A stretch of 64,000 nucleotides of DNA from Lama guanicoe (Eukaryota), in NCBI GenBank assembly GCA_013239625.1, contig MU053873.1, forward strand, positions 1,254,524 to 1,318,523, read 5' to 3'. Every line of letters begins with the position of its first letter. Position 1 is the stretch's first letter. The notes under the pieces were generated by a model that worked only from the letters and a program-made list of their open reading frames with translations, was not told the DNA's origin and did no database searches. Of the stretch, positions 49,225 through 61,135 are shown piece by piece. The translations under genes were made by a program, and so were the position numbers.

Positions 49225-49730
49225 TTAAAGAATTTTCTGTCTCACTCAGAATAAAATTCTTATCATGGCCCAAGAAAGTCCTGATCGGGTCTCTGCCCAC
49301 TTCTGTGATTTCATATTTTATCACTCACTCATTGGCCAGCTGCTCTATCCATAGTCTTTTTTTTTTCTTCTCCTGTTTCTTGAGTATTTGCATTTCTTGC
49401 CAACTTTGTCATTTGCCACTTGGAATTGTTTTTTCCTCATACAGGTATGTCTGGTTCTTTTTTACATTCAGATACCAGCTTGAATATCACTGCCTAATCT
49501 AATGTAACTATATAGCCATCTGTAGTCACATTGCCCTGTTTTTATTTTCTCTGTAGTTCATATTACCTCGTAGTATTTTGGTTTTGGTCATCTGCCTTTG
49601 CCTCCTAGAATATATGCTCCATAAGGGTAGGGAGCTTGGTTTTCTTTTTTCCACTGTATCCTCTATGTCCAGAACACCACCTGACTTGTAGCAAATGCTT
49701 AATACTTGGAAAATGACTGAATGATTTATT
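49225..49730 (+). mobile_element. L2 LINE 3' fragment
   Basis: CTCACTCAGAATAAAATT...CTAGAATAT.GCTCCATAAGGGTAGGG...GTAGCAAATGCTTAATA..TGACTGAATG. Confidence 0.7.
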
Positions 49731-50258
49731 GCTGTGTCCTGCTATGTGCTAGATGGACACTGTGCAAAGTCCAGTGGCAGTACAGAGTGTAGTTACAGAG
49801 ACTGCCAACTCAGTGACTACAGTACAGAAGTGTTAAGTCTTATCCTAGAGGAATCTGTAAAATGTTATGGGGCCACAGATAAAAGAGTAACTAATTTCTC
49901 CTAGCGGTAGGTCATGGGGTATTAGAGATGAATTAATGTATTACTGTTATTTATATTTCACATTAAATCATTCTGTGCACTTTGCTGATTAGAGTACTGA
50001 CTAGTTCTTCAATTTCTAGTACTTGACTTAACCTTGTTGTTTACTTTTCTGTAAAAAGATGGTGGTAATACTGACCTCAAGGATGTTGTAAAGATTAATC
50101 ATTTAATGTTGGCTAAGTGCTTTGAAAATGCAAAATGCTGTATAAGCCCTGATGTTCTTAATCATATTAACAACCACTTTCTATAATTAAATTTTATTAT
50201 GTACCTTGTTCTCAATTATTCAGACAGAAATAAATATGAGTTAAAAAAAGAGATTATC

Positions 50259-50308
50259 CGTAGCTCACAACATTGTAAAATGATTATAAATCAATAAAAA
50301 ATGTTTTA
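50259..50308 (+). mobile_element. 50-bp young L1 3'-end insertion with an internal deletion
   Basis: 16-bp TSD AAAAAAAGAGATTATC at 50243-50258 and 50309-50324, at a TT|AAAA endonuclease site. Confidence 0.85.
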
Positions 50309-53204
50309 AAAAAAAGAGATTATCTAGGAAAGCCAACTTATTGTTTGGCATGGACCTTTGCATTGTGTTTTTAGTAGAGAATAATATTGGTGTTTTCTAT
50401 TTTTGCCAGTGTTTTCTCCGAAGAGTAGTAATGTTCTACAACCCCCAGGAGGCAGTAGTATACCAAGAAGGTTGTGTGCTTAGGCAAGCTAAATAGCCGA
50501 GCAAGCCTGTTAGTGATTAGTGACTTGATTTAACATGCAGAGGCTTCCCTTTTTATTGATCAGATAGTGAAGTTTGCAACAGATATTTTGATTTTCATTT
50601 TCCCATAGTATTACATTTATCTTGTGTTTTAAGAGTTTTTCCTTCCTAAAGAGAGGATCCTGTTTTACTATTTAAAATGTAGTGCTACCTAAGGATTATT
50701 ATACACACAGGGACACCTTACTTTATACTATATTATACTATCTTATGCTCTATTATAGATTTTCTCTAGAAGTTATGAAACCTTTGTTTCTACCCTAAAG
50801 TACTAAGGGATAGGATATATTTAAAACCCTGGCTTGCTGCTCTAGTGATTCTCAACTTATGGCAATTTTTTTTCCAGATCTTAAAGGGCTTCATGTTTCA
50901 TTATATAACTAAAGAGTCCTCCTTCAGAGAATTAGGGTTATTCATTTTCACAAAATTAGAGTTAGTGGCCATCAAAAAGAATATTATTTTTAACATTTTA
51001 CCTCTGTATCCCGGTTATCCTTAAGAGTTTTTTTTATATTAAACACCAGCAACAGTGTTTTCTAAAGTGTGGAAATGTAAAAGATTTCTAGCAGTAAAGC
51101 AATTGGGCATTTATAGGTTCTTCTTTGGGTCCCGTCTCTGTGTTCCCATAATACTCCATCCTTATCCCTACCCTAAGCACTGACTGATCACACTGTATTA
51201 TAACTGACTGTTAGCCTTCTCTGTATCCCTAAACTGTGAGCTTATTAAGGGTGGGGACTTTGTCTTTTTCACTTACGTGCTCCAGGTCCAGTTTGATGCC
51301 TGGTACATAACAGGTGCTCAAGAAATATTGTAAATTAATGCTGGATTTGTGTAAACTTGAGATATTTTAAATAAAGATACTTAGGGCCAAAACAGAAAGA
51401 TGGTATTTACAAAAGGTCTTCTGCTGTAGAGGGTGTCTGGGAGTTGTTTAAAAATGTTTACAATGCATTGTATCAGTGAAATTTTAGTAAATCTTACTGG
51501 GAATACTGATTTCAGAGCTTCCTGAAAGCACCAGTGGACTTAAAACTGGTGTTACTCCTCTGTGACAAATATATGGATGCTGAAAGTTTAGATAATATTT
51601 TCTGAAGGTGGTTTTATTTCATTGATTGGGAATTACGGAGTTGATGAAAACTAGCATTTTAACTAATTTCAAAATATGTGTGACGCTTGATTTTAATATT
51701 TAGTACTAACTGTCTTTTTTTTAAAACCACTTCTGTATAAAGGCATTGTACACTCCATGGAGGTGTGAAGGTATAAAACCCCTACTCTTCCTCCCGTGGT
51801 GCTCTACCCTTATGCCTACACACGTATTTTCCTGATACTGGTTCTAGAGTTAGCACATCAGTAGTTTAGGCCATGCTGTCAAACCAAGTAGCTTAAATAG
51901 ATTAGTGACAAAAGGTACTGTTCTTTTGTTTAATTCTAGAGATAGAGTCTTTGGCTGAAGCTTGATTGTCTGAAGTTTCACTTGCCTGTAGTTATGATAA
52001 TTACACTCTCTTTACTATCGTCTGTACTAAAAACTGCACAGCTTTGTTACTTAGGTTGTTTTTTTGTTCTTTTTGTTTCTGTCACCCAGAATGTGAGGAA
52101 GTACTTTTAAAAATACTTGAAGCTCTAAAATAAGTCTTCTCACTACAATGATTGATTTACTTCTTGGGGCTCATTGACAGATAAGTGCAAGGAATATTTT
52201 TCCTCCATTGTGATTTATAAGAATTGAGAAAGAATTAAAAAAAAACCTATTCTCTTTAAAAAGCCATATAAAAACTCTGAATTCTTTGGGAGAGAAATAC
52301 TGCCAGTTGATAATGGCTTTGGTATTGGAAGTTAGGGAAAATATTCTAATGCTTCATTTACTAGGTTCCTCAGAATGTATATTTTAGGTTATAAGGTCTA
52401 ATAGACTGTAGTAATTTATGTAATTCCTGATTAAAATCCTCAATTCATTGCAATTCCCAAACTATACTTCTGACTAGTCTCCTGCTTTCAGAGAATAAAT
52501 GTTCGAATTATCAGTCTCATAATAAGGTGAAAAAAAAATCTAATTCTCTGTGTGAGAGAGAAAATTAGCTTATTAGCAATTACACAATAATGTTGGAGAC
52601 TAAACTTTAAAACTCATTTGTCTTTAAAGTTTTTGGTACAGCATAGACGTCTCTCATCACAACTTCCAGCACTTTATCTGTACCTTAATTATAGCACTGG
52701 CAACTTTTTATTTTTGTCTTTCTATCTTTCACAAGTGGTTGTTAAATATACCAGTGAACAAATTAGAAAATTTCTTCTTCCAAACTCGAGGCTTTCACCG
52801 ATAGCTCTATAGCTGATCTTTCCCCTATGAGTACAAAACCTCACTCCTAAGAAGTCATTCTTTCCCTCCCTACTCCACTACTCCTTACAGCTCAGAGGTT
52901 TGAAGAGTAAACCCAATAAATGACCATAGACAGAAAAAAACCTCTGGGTCCATGGGGCCTTTAGGGGCATAAAGCAATAATTACATGGGTATGTCACTTT
53001 TTAAATAATTACTTCATTTTTGAATAGGTGATACCTGCTCATACAATGATATTCAAGAAGTTACAAAAGCATATACAGTAAAAAATAAGTTTTCCTTTCA
53101 TTCCTGTCTGCTAGGCATCCAGTTTCCCTCTCCAAAGGCAACTGCTGTTATTAGGTTGTTTTGTATACTTCCCACAGTGTTTGATGGATGGTTAAATCTG
53201 TCCT

Positions 53205-53525
53205 TTTTCTATATGTATATAAAGACAACAAAAAGTAAATTTTATATATCCATATCTGCCTATCTACATATAGATAGATATATATCTATATGTAATGTCT
53301 ATATATCTATAATATATATACATATTTTATGTATTAAAAGATGTATTATACCTATATATCTAGACATATAAAATAGACCTATATATCTATAAATCTATAT
53401 GTATAGATATAGATATAGTAATATATATTTTTATGTTAACAACCATAAAGATAAAGATTACCAATATATAGATACATTACATATAGATACATATTTTTAT
53501 ATATAAAAATGTGTTGTATCTATGT
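53205..53525. repeat. AT-rich (TA)n/(TAGA)n low-complexity region
   Basis: Degenerate ATATAT/ATAGAT runs. Confidence 0.8.
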
Positions 53526-54639
53526 TATGTGTTAACAGTTTGGGATTGATAAGGCAAATAAAGGCGTTTATTTTAGGAGTAAGGGTTTTAATCTAGGAAT
53601 TAGGGCTTACATGAACACTAGAAGAGCTGGAGGAGTGAATGTCAAGGAAGTTACTTTGGAAACTCAGGAAAGTTTCTGTGGGAAGGTCAGGGAAGCAGAC
53701 ACTGAAGGTCTCCAGGATTCTCAAAAGCTGACTGGGAAACTGTTATCATCAAGCATCTTTGAGAACACTTCTGTCATATGTCTTGGGCTGTATCAATAAG
53801 GCAGGTGATTCTTAAAGCACATGCCCCAAAGCTTCTGTGAATCTAACATCTGCCTCCAGCCACCTTCAAAGAGTAATGTAATGACTTCTACTCTTTCCAG
53901 ATCTCACATGCATTCCTTTTGCTGACACAATCTAACCTGGATCGATACAGCGAGGGGTTTTCTGGGAAATACAGAGAAATCTTAGTAGAAGAGTGGCTGG
54001 TTGTGCTAAGTTGCCCAGACAATGGCCAATGAGATTTTTGACCTCGGAAAACTGCTATGTCCCAAGTGGGACTGTGATTCTTTCTTGTACTCTGTGAAAG
54101 GGATCTGAGGTTTTTGATAAAACATAATACGTTATAGACCGCAAAAAAGGAGACAACAAAAAGAGTCAAGGGAGTGCAATGCCCTGAGAGCCAATGAAGG
54201 AAGAAGTTTCCACAAGAATTAAGCAGTTAATTGTAAACAATACTGTCATGAAGATAAAAGGGAGGAGAAAAAAAATCTACTAGGTTTAAAATTGAAAGAC
54301 GGTCCTTAGATTCATGAGTTTTTGTGGTCAGAGAAGAGATGTCTTAATAATTGGTCAATAGTATCATAATAACCTTTCTTCATTTATGTGATTGGTTATC
54401 AAATCAACTTTGCCCTATTTTACGTTTTAATTATATCTTCAAATCCCTTTTTGCTATATTATTTATTATTAAGTATAAATGCCTAAAATGAAATGTAATA
54501 TTCCTGTAATTGTCAGAGCAAAATAGTGTATACCTAGAAATTGTCTTAGCTTATTTATATAAACTATCTTCACTTGTTAAAAAAAAAATCTTTGAGTCAT
54601 ATCGTTTGTGGCTCATTGTCATTCTCAAGCAATAATAAA

Positions 54640-54780
54640 AAGTACATTCATGAATTTGATATAGTATCTTATATAACATGTAAGCATTGGAGGGAAACTG
54701 GTGAAGGGCACATGAATCATCTCTACTATTTTTTTGCAACTTCCTATGAATCAATAATTATTTCAAAATTTTAAAAAACA
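54640..54780 (+). mobile_element. L1MC/MD-like 3' end
   Basis: CATTGGAGGGAAACTGGTGAAGGG...TTTTTTGCAACTTCCTATGAATC.ATAATTATTTCAAAA. Confidence 0.75.
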
Positions 54781-55324
54781 TACATGGACCTAGAATTGAA
54801 TCTACTTACTAGGTAAGTCACCTTGGGAAATTTATCTAAGTTCTGCATTACCCTATCAGTGAAATGGGTTTGATGATAATACATCTCTCACAGGATTGAT
54901 ACAAGGATCAAATAAGAGTTTTTCTGAAAACAGATGATAGACAGCAAAACTGTATATGAATCTTATTTAAAATTGTATTTTTTTTATAATTAAGAATTCT
55001 TTCACATATTAAGAATCAACTTTTTTTTTTTTACAGAATTCTAGTTTCTAAAGTTATTCTTCTAAACTTGATTTTACCTACAGACAATGAGTTTGCTCTC
55101 AAGACCAGTGGGTTAAGGTCTCTTGGATTAAATTCATGTTTTTATTGTCTTAGGAACAATGAAGCTGTGATTTGCAAGGATGTCATTAGTTGCAGGGCCA
55201 GTAGGCTTATAATCTGTTAGGTTAGACTGAACAAAAAAAAAAGCATAACGTCTAGTGGCTCTTAGTGGTTGCACTCCATTATCATTCATTAGTCACTAAC
55301 AGGCCACTGGCTTATGAGTTTTGG

Positions 55325-56480
55325 TTCTTTCAGTCAACACATGTTAATTGGGTTTCGTTACATGTTGGATAATGTTGCAGGCACTTGAGATAAATCTGTG
55401 AACCATAAGAAAAAGTTGCCATCAACTGAGATGGAGACTTCTAATGGGACAGGAGAGAAATAAACAATAACAAAAAGAAATATGTGGTACATTAGAAAGT
55501 TATAAGTGCTGTGGGGAAAAAAAAAGCAAAGTAAAGGTAGAGCTGGTGGGAGGGGTGAGAGTGAGGGTAGGTTTTATACAATAGATAATATTTGACAAAT
55601 ATTAAACAAAGAGTTTAAGGAAGTTAACCATGAGGATATCAGGAGAAAGAACCCTGTAAGCACTGGGAACATCTAAAGAAAAGGCCCTTGGGCAGGAGGG
55701 TACCTGATGCATCTGAAGAAGCAATTTCTCATGGCTGGAGAGGAATTAGCAGGGCAGAGAGTAATAGGATATTAAGGGGACAAGATCATGTAAGTCACCA
55801 TAAGCCACTGTAAGAACTCTGACTTTCATTCAGAAAACGTGAGCAGAGATGTAATAATCTAACTTACCTCTTAAAAGGACTACTCTGGCTTCTGTGTTGA
55901 GACTGGACTGTGAGAGGGTAAGAGTAAGGATAGAGTCCTGTCAGGAGGCCATTGCAGTAATGTGTGCATGAGAAGATGCTAGAAATGTGGAGGCATTGAG
56001 GAGTAGTCAGATTCTGGATATATTTCACAATAGTGCCAACTATAATTCCTGAGAGTTTGGAGGAAGTCAAGGATTATTCCAAGGCGTTTTGCCTGAGTAA
56101 CTGGAAGGATAAATTTGCCATCATCTGAGATGCAGAAGGCTGTGGTTGGAGTTGGATCAGGAAGAAGATCAGGAGTTCAGTTTTGGACATGTTGAGTCTG
56201 AGAAGACATTCTCGTGAATTGTTGAGTAAGCAATTAAATGTATGTCTGGAGTTTGAGAGACAGGTATGAGCTGGAAATATAAATTTCTATTTAAAACCAT
56301 GATACTGGATGGAATTACTGAGGGGAGGTAGATAGAAAAGAGAAGATGTCTAAGGACTGAGTCTGGAGGTGCTCTACCATTCAGAGGTCAGGGAGGAGAC
56401 AAACAACAAGCAAAGGAGATTGAGGAGGAGTGATGAGCAATGCAGAAATAAGAAAGAGTGGCATCTTGGAAACTTAGTAT
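55325..56480 (-). mobile_element. L2 LINE fragment
   Basis: Antisense L2 3' end (TTCAGTCAACA.AT.TT.ATTG) and body motifs (TTAAAAGGA.TACTCTGGCT.CTGTGTTGAGA, GAGTTCAGTTTTGGACATGTTGAGT). Confidence 0.8.
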
Positions 56481-58329
56481 AACTCATCATTGGGTCAGTT
56501 ATCATTGGGCATGAGCATGAGCAAGATATTGAAAATACATATAATATCAAAAGGTGCTTCACAAATATCATTCCTGGCAGTATTGGGTTTAGTTTAAGTG
56601 GGTGTAGAAGTTGCTGAGGGCATTCTCTAAATGTCCTTTAACTGAACAATAAAAAAAATCACAATTTCTGTAATTGCTTTGCAAAGGTTCATCAGTCCTG
56701 CCCTTTCATTGCATACGCAGGTATTTTGCATCATTGCTGGAGATTTTGGGAGTTCTTGCAGACTTGTTCTCAAATTTTCATGGAGAAGATTAGTGAGACT
56801 CCCCCTATAAGACTGAGAAATTAGAAGATGCCCATGAAATCAAATAAGAATTTATAGGAATCTTTGTAAGTTCTTTGTTATTTTTATAATTCAAATAACA
56901 GTAATTGTGGAAAGTTACCAGAAACCCCATGGATGCCATAAAACTGGATTTACATACAACAGTCCGTTTCAGGCAGTGTCACTAAGAATGTGCAGCAAGA
57001 TTATTTAGATAAACTAGAGGTTGGAAGATAGGGGACTGGTAGTTTTATCTTTTAGGACACAGGAGTGCTTGAGGTAAGAATTGGAGGTATTCATTTCAGA
57101 ATATCTCAGTGCTACTTTATTGTCCTGAAGTGGTAAAAGAGAAATGAGAGCCAAGAAGGCTTGAGTGTAGTATATACGTAAGTTAAGGATGATGCTCAGT
57201 GAAAGATGCATAGCTTTTTTCCTCTAGGATATGAAAACGTGAGATAGGTCTTGTGTCTCATAAATTATTTTTGAGACATTACTTAAAAAAATCACTTAGA
57301 GTTTCTACTCTTTGGAGGAGAATAATCAAAAGGCAGTTTTAAAATAAGAATGGACAGGTTTTCAAGAGCCCCAGAAGCAGCATTCAGACCCTGGGTGTAG
57401 GCATCCCCAGCCAATTTGTAAAGTTAGGAGTAAAGTTGCAAAAGTTCATCCAAAATGGAAGCTTTTTCTATGGCCCTGGGATAGAATGGAGGGAGTTTGG
57501 CTTAGTACCTGTCTGCTAATGGTGGTTGAAGGTCTTCAAGTTTAAGAAGGTATTTCATTTTTTGTACTACTGTGCTGATGTCAGATCTGCTGGTATTTGT
57601 GCAGGGAAACAAAGTGAAATGAACTTGGATCCTTCCTTGAAGGAACTAAGAATCAAGTTGGGAGATAGACATAAGCTATGCCTTTTCCATTTCAATTACT
57701 GTCATTTTAAAAAAGGCCCTTTCTACTAGTCTTTACCATGTTAATCACGGTGATTTTAAATTCCCTATTTGTTAGTTTTAATATCTGGGTGGATTCTGTT
57801 GATGGGATTGTCTCTTGAGAATGTGTTTTCTTTTTTGTGTGTCTTGTATGTTTTGGTTGAAAGCAAACATCTTGTGTAGAACAGCAGACACTGAAGTCAG
57901 TAGCATTTATGTCTGGAAATGGTTATGCCTCTTCTTTTGCTACACCTTTGTAGCAGGAGTTGTCTGGTTAGTCAGAAGCTCATCTGAGTTTGGGTTTTTT
58001 TTTGGTTACTGTTATCCTTGGTCCACCACAGGCTTCAAATTCATCTAATATAACTTTGTGTTCAGCATGAGGGCTGGAATACCAGACTTGTTATTAAAGT
58101 CTGATCCACCTCCAGCTTACCTTTGTACCTGCACATCAGAGAGGGTCCTTTCCACATTCTTGCCTCTCCCCCAGCAGTAAACATCATGTTGTTACTCAGT
58201 GCCTCCTAACTTGGTATCGGGAGCCAGGGAGGGGGTGCTGTCTTTGTTAGGCAGTTACTGTGCTGGAGCCTTCTTGATGTTCCTCACCCAGGTCCACTTG
58301 TTTTGCCTAACTCTGCATGTTTATATCTG

Positions 58330-60972
58330 TGTATGAGGTGTATCAACGACATCTCCCAACCCTACATCCTTATCTCTTTAATGACTTCTACCACACTTCT
58401 GCCTCCCTGGCAGACACCCTATGTTAGTCAGTGAATCTCCTTCTCGTATGACCCAGGCACTTTACAAGCTGTTCCCTCTATGCTGGAAGTCAGAGCAAGT
58501 GGATTATGTGCAAACCTTTCAAGAATAAAGTCTTGGTTTCCCACAGCCCTTCAGTTCTCCTGGACACAAGCTCCACTGGTTTTTAAACCCAGACATTATG
58601 GGGCCTTTTTTTTCCAGTTCAGGTCCCCAGGCTGGCAGAGGTGGGGCAATAAAAATGCAGTGCTTTTAGAATGCACTCAAACTTAAGAGACTATCAACTT
58701 AAAATAGACTGCTATAACATAGGTTGCTACATATGAACCTCATGGTAACCACAAGCCAAAAACCTGTAACAGATAACAAAAGTAAAGAGAAAGGAATACA
58801 TGCATAACACTAAAGAAAGTTATCAAATCACAAATGAAGAGGAAAGAAACAATAACTACAAAAACAACCATAAAACAATTTTTAAAATGGCAATAAGTAC
58901 ATACCTATCAATAATTGCTTTAAATGTAAGTGGACTAAATGCTCCAATTAAAGTTTAACCAAACAGGTGAAAGACCTGTAGTCAAACTATGACATTGATG
59001 AAAGAAATTGAAGATGACATGAATAAATTAAAAGATATACTGTGCTTGTTAGAATTAATATTGTTAATGTACATACTACTCAAAGCATTCTACAGATTCA
59101 GTGCAATACCTATCAAAATACCAATAGCATTTTTCATACAACTAGAATAATTTTTAATTTTGTATAGAACCATAGAATATCCTGAATAGCCAAAGCAATC
59201 TGAAGAAAGAAGGACAAGGCTGGAAGTCTCATGCTCCTTGAATTCAAACTATACTACAAAACTCTATTAAACAAAACTGTATGGCACTAGCCCAAAACAG
59301 ATACATATATCAATGGAATGAAATAAACCCATGCTTATGTGGTCAATTAATCTGTGACAAAGGAACCAAGAATGTACAGTGGGGGAAAGACAATCTCTTC
59401 AATAAATGGTGTTAGGAAAACCAGATAGCTGCATTGAAAAGAATGAAACTGGACCACATTCTTACATCATACACAAAAATCAACTCAGAATGGATTAAAG
59501 ACTTAAATGTAAGACCTGAAACCATAAAACTCCTGGAAGAAAACATAGGCAGTACACTTTTAGATATCAGTTTTAGCTTTTTTTTTTTTTTGCTTTTTTT
59601 TTTTGTCTCTGTCTCCTCAAGCAAGGGTAACAAAAGCAAAAATGGGACTATATGAAATTAATGGGACTACATCAAACTAAAAAGCTTTTTCACAGCAAAG
59701 GAAACCTTCAACAAAATGAAAAGGCAGCCTGCTGAATGGAAGATACATTTGACCCTCTAACAGTGCAAGGGTTAAGGGCACTGACCCTGCCCCACACAGT
59801 CAAAAAATCCATGTGTAACTTTATAGTAAGGCTCTCTATGCTCAGTTCCACATTTGCAGATTCACCCAACCATGGATTGTGTAGTACTGTGGTATGAACT
59901 GAAAACCACCTGTGTGTAAGTGGACCTGTGCAGTTCAAACTTGTGTTGTTTGAGGGTCAGCTGTATTCGCAAATCATATCTGATAAGAGGTTAATATCCA
60001 AAAAACATAAAGAACTCACACAACTCAATATCAAAAAATTAATACCTAATTAAGAAATGAGCAGAGGACCTGAATAGACATTTTTCCAAAGAAGACACAC
60101 AGATGGTCAGTAGACACATGAAAAGATGCTCAACATCACTTATCACCAGGAAATGCAAATCAAAACCACACCTCACACCTATCAGAATGGTTATCATCAA
60201 AAAAAAAAAAACAAACAAATAGCAAGTGTTGGTGAGGATGTAAAGGAAAGAAAAGCCTTTTGCACTGTTGGTAGGAAAGTGAGTTGGTGAAGCCACTGTG
60301 GAAAACAGTATGGAGTTTCCTTGAAAAATTAAAAATAGGGCTTCCCATGATCCATCAATTCTACTTCTGGGTATTTATCTAAAGGAAATAAAAATATTAA
60401 TTTGAAAGGGTATATGCACCCATATGTTGATTGTAGCATTATTTATAATAGCCAAGATATGGACGCAACTGAAGTACCCACTGATAGATGAATGCATAAA
60501 GAAGATGTGATATGTATATGCAATGGAATATTACTCAGTCAAAAAGAACGAAATCTTGACATGTGGGACAACATGGATGAACTTTGAGGGTATTAGGCTA
60601 AGTGAAAAAAAATCAGAGAAAGACAAATACCATATAATTTCACTTATATGTGGAATCTAAAAAACTAAACAAATAAACAAAGAAAACTAAACGGGGACAG
60701 ATTCATAGATACAAACTGGTGGTCGCCAGTGGGGAGGGGCGTTGGGGTTGGGCAAAATAGTGAAGAGGATCAAGAGGTACAAACTTCCAGTTATAAAATA
60801 AATGTTATGGGAATGTAATATATAACATAGGGAATATAATCAGTAATATTGCAGTAAATTGTGTGGTGGGATGGTTACTAGACTTATTGTAATGATCAAT
60901 TTGTAACATATCAAAGCACTATGTTGTATACCTGAAACTAATATATGTCAGCTATACTTTAATAAAAAAAGA
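58330..60972 (+). mobile_element. Rearranged L1 (L1MA9-like 3' end): inverted 5'-UTR-like piece, inter-ORF region and ORF2 start, large ORF2 deletion, ORF2 C-terminus, 3' UTR
   Basis: ATGGCAATAAGTACATACCTATCAATAATT (MAISTYLSII.LNV.GLNAPIK) at 58888; [39 protein letters not shown] at 59434; tail AATAAAAAAAG at ~60961. Confidence 0.88.
59746..59963 (+). mobile_element. MER8-like Tigger MITE inserted in L1 ORF2
   Basis: TIRs CATTTGACCCTCTAACA / TGTTTGAGGGTCAGCTG flanked by a TA duplication; the L1 sequence GAAGATA|TTCGCAAATCATATCTGATAAG resumes after it. Confidence 0.85.
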
Positions 60973-60984
60973 CAAAATTTGAGT

Positions 60985-61135
60985 TAATTACAATTAGATA
61001 AAATACAACAGTCAATTCCTCTATCACACTGGCTATATTTCAAATGTTTAATAGCCACATGTGACTAACAGTTAACATATTATTAGCTCAGATATATTCT
61101 CATTATTACGTTAAGTTCTGTTGGACAGTGCTGAT
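60985..61135. mobile_element. MER3/MER33-like hAT fragment
   Basis: CACACTGGC.A.ATTTCAA.TG.T.AATAGCCACATGTG.CTA ... AAGTTCT.TTGGACAGTGCTG. Confidence 0.65.
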
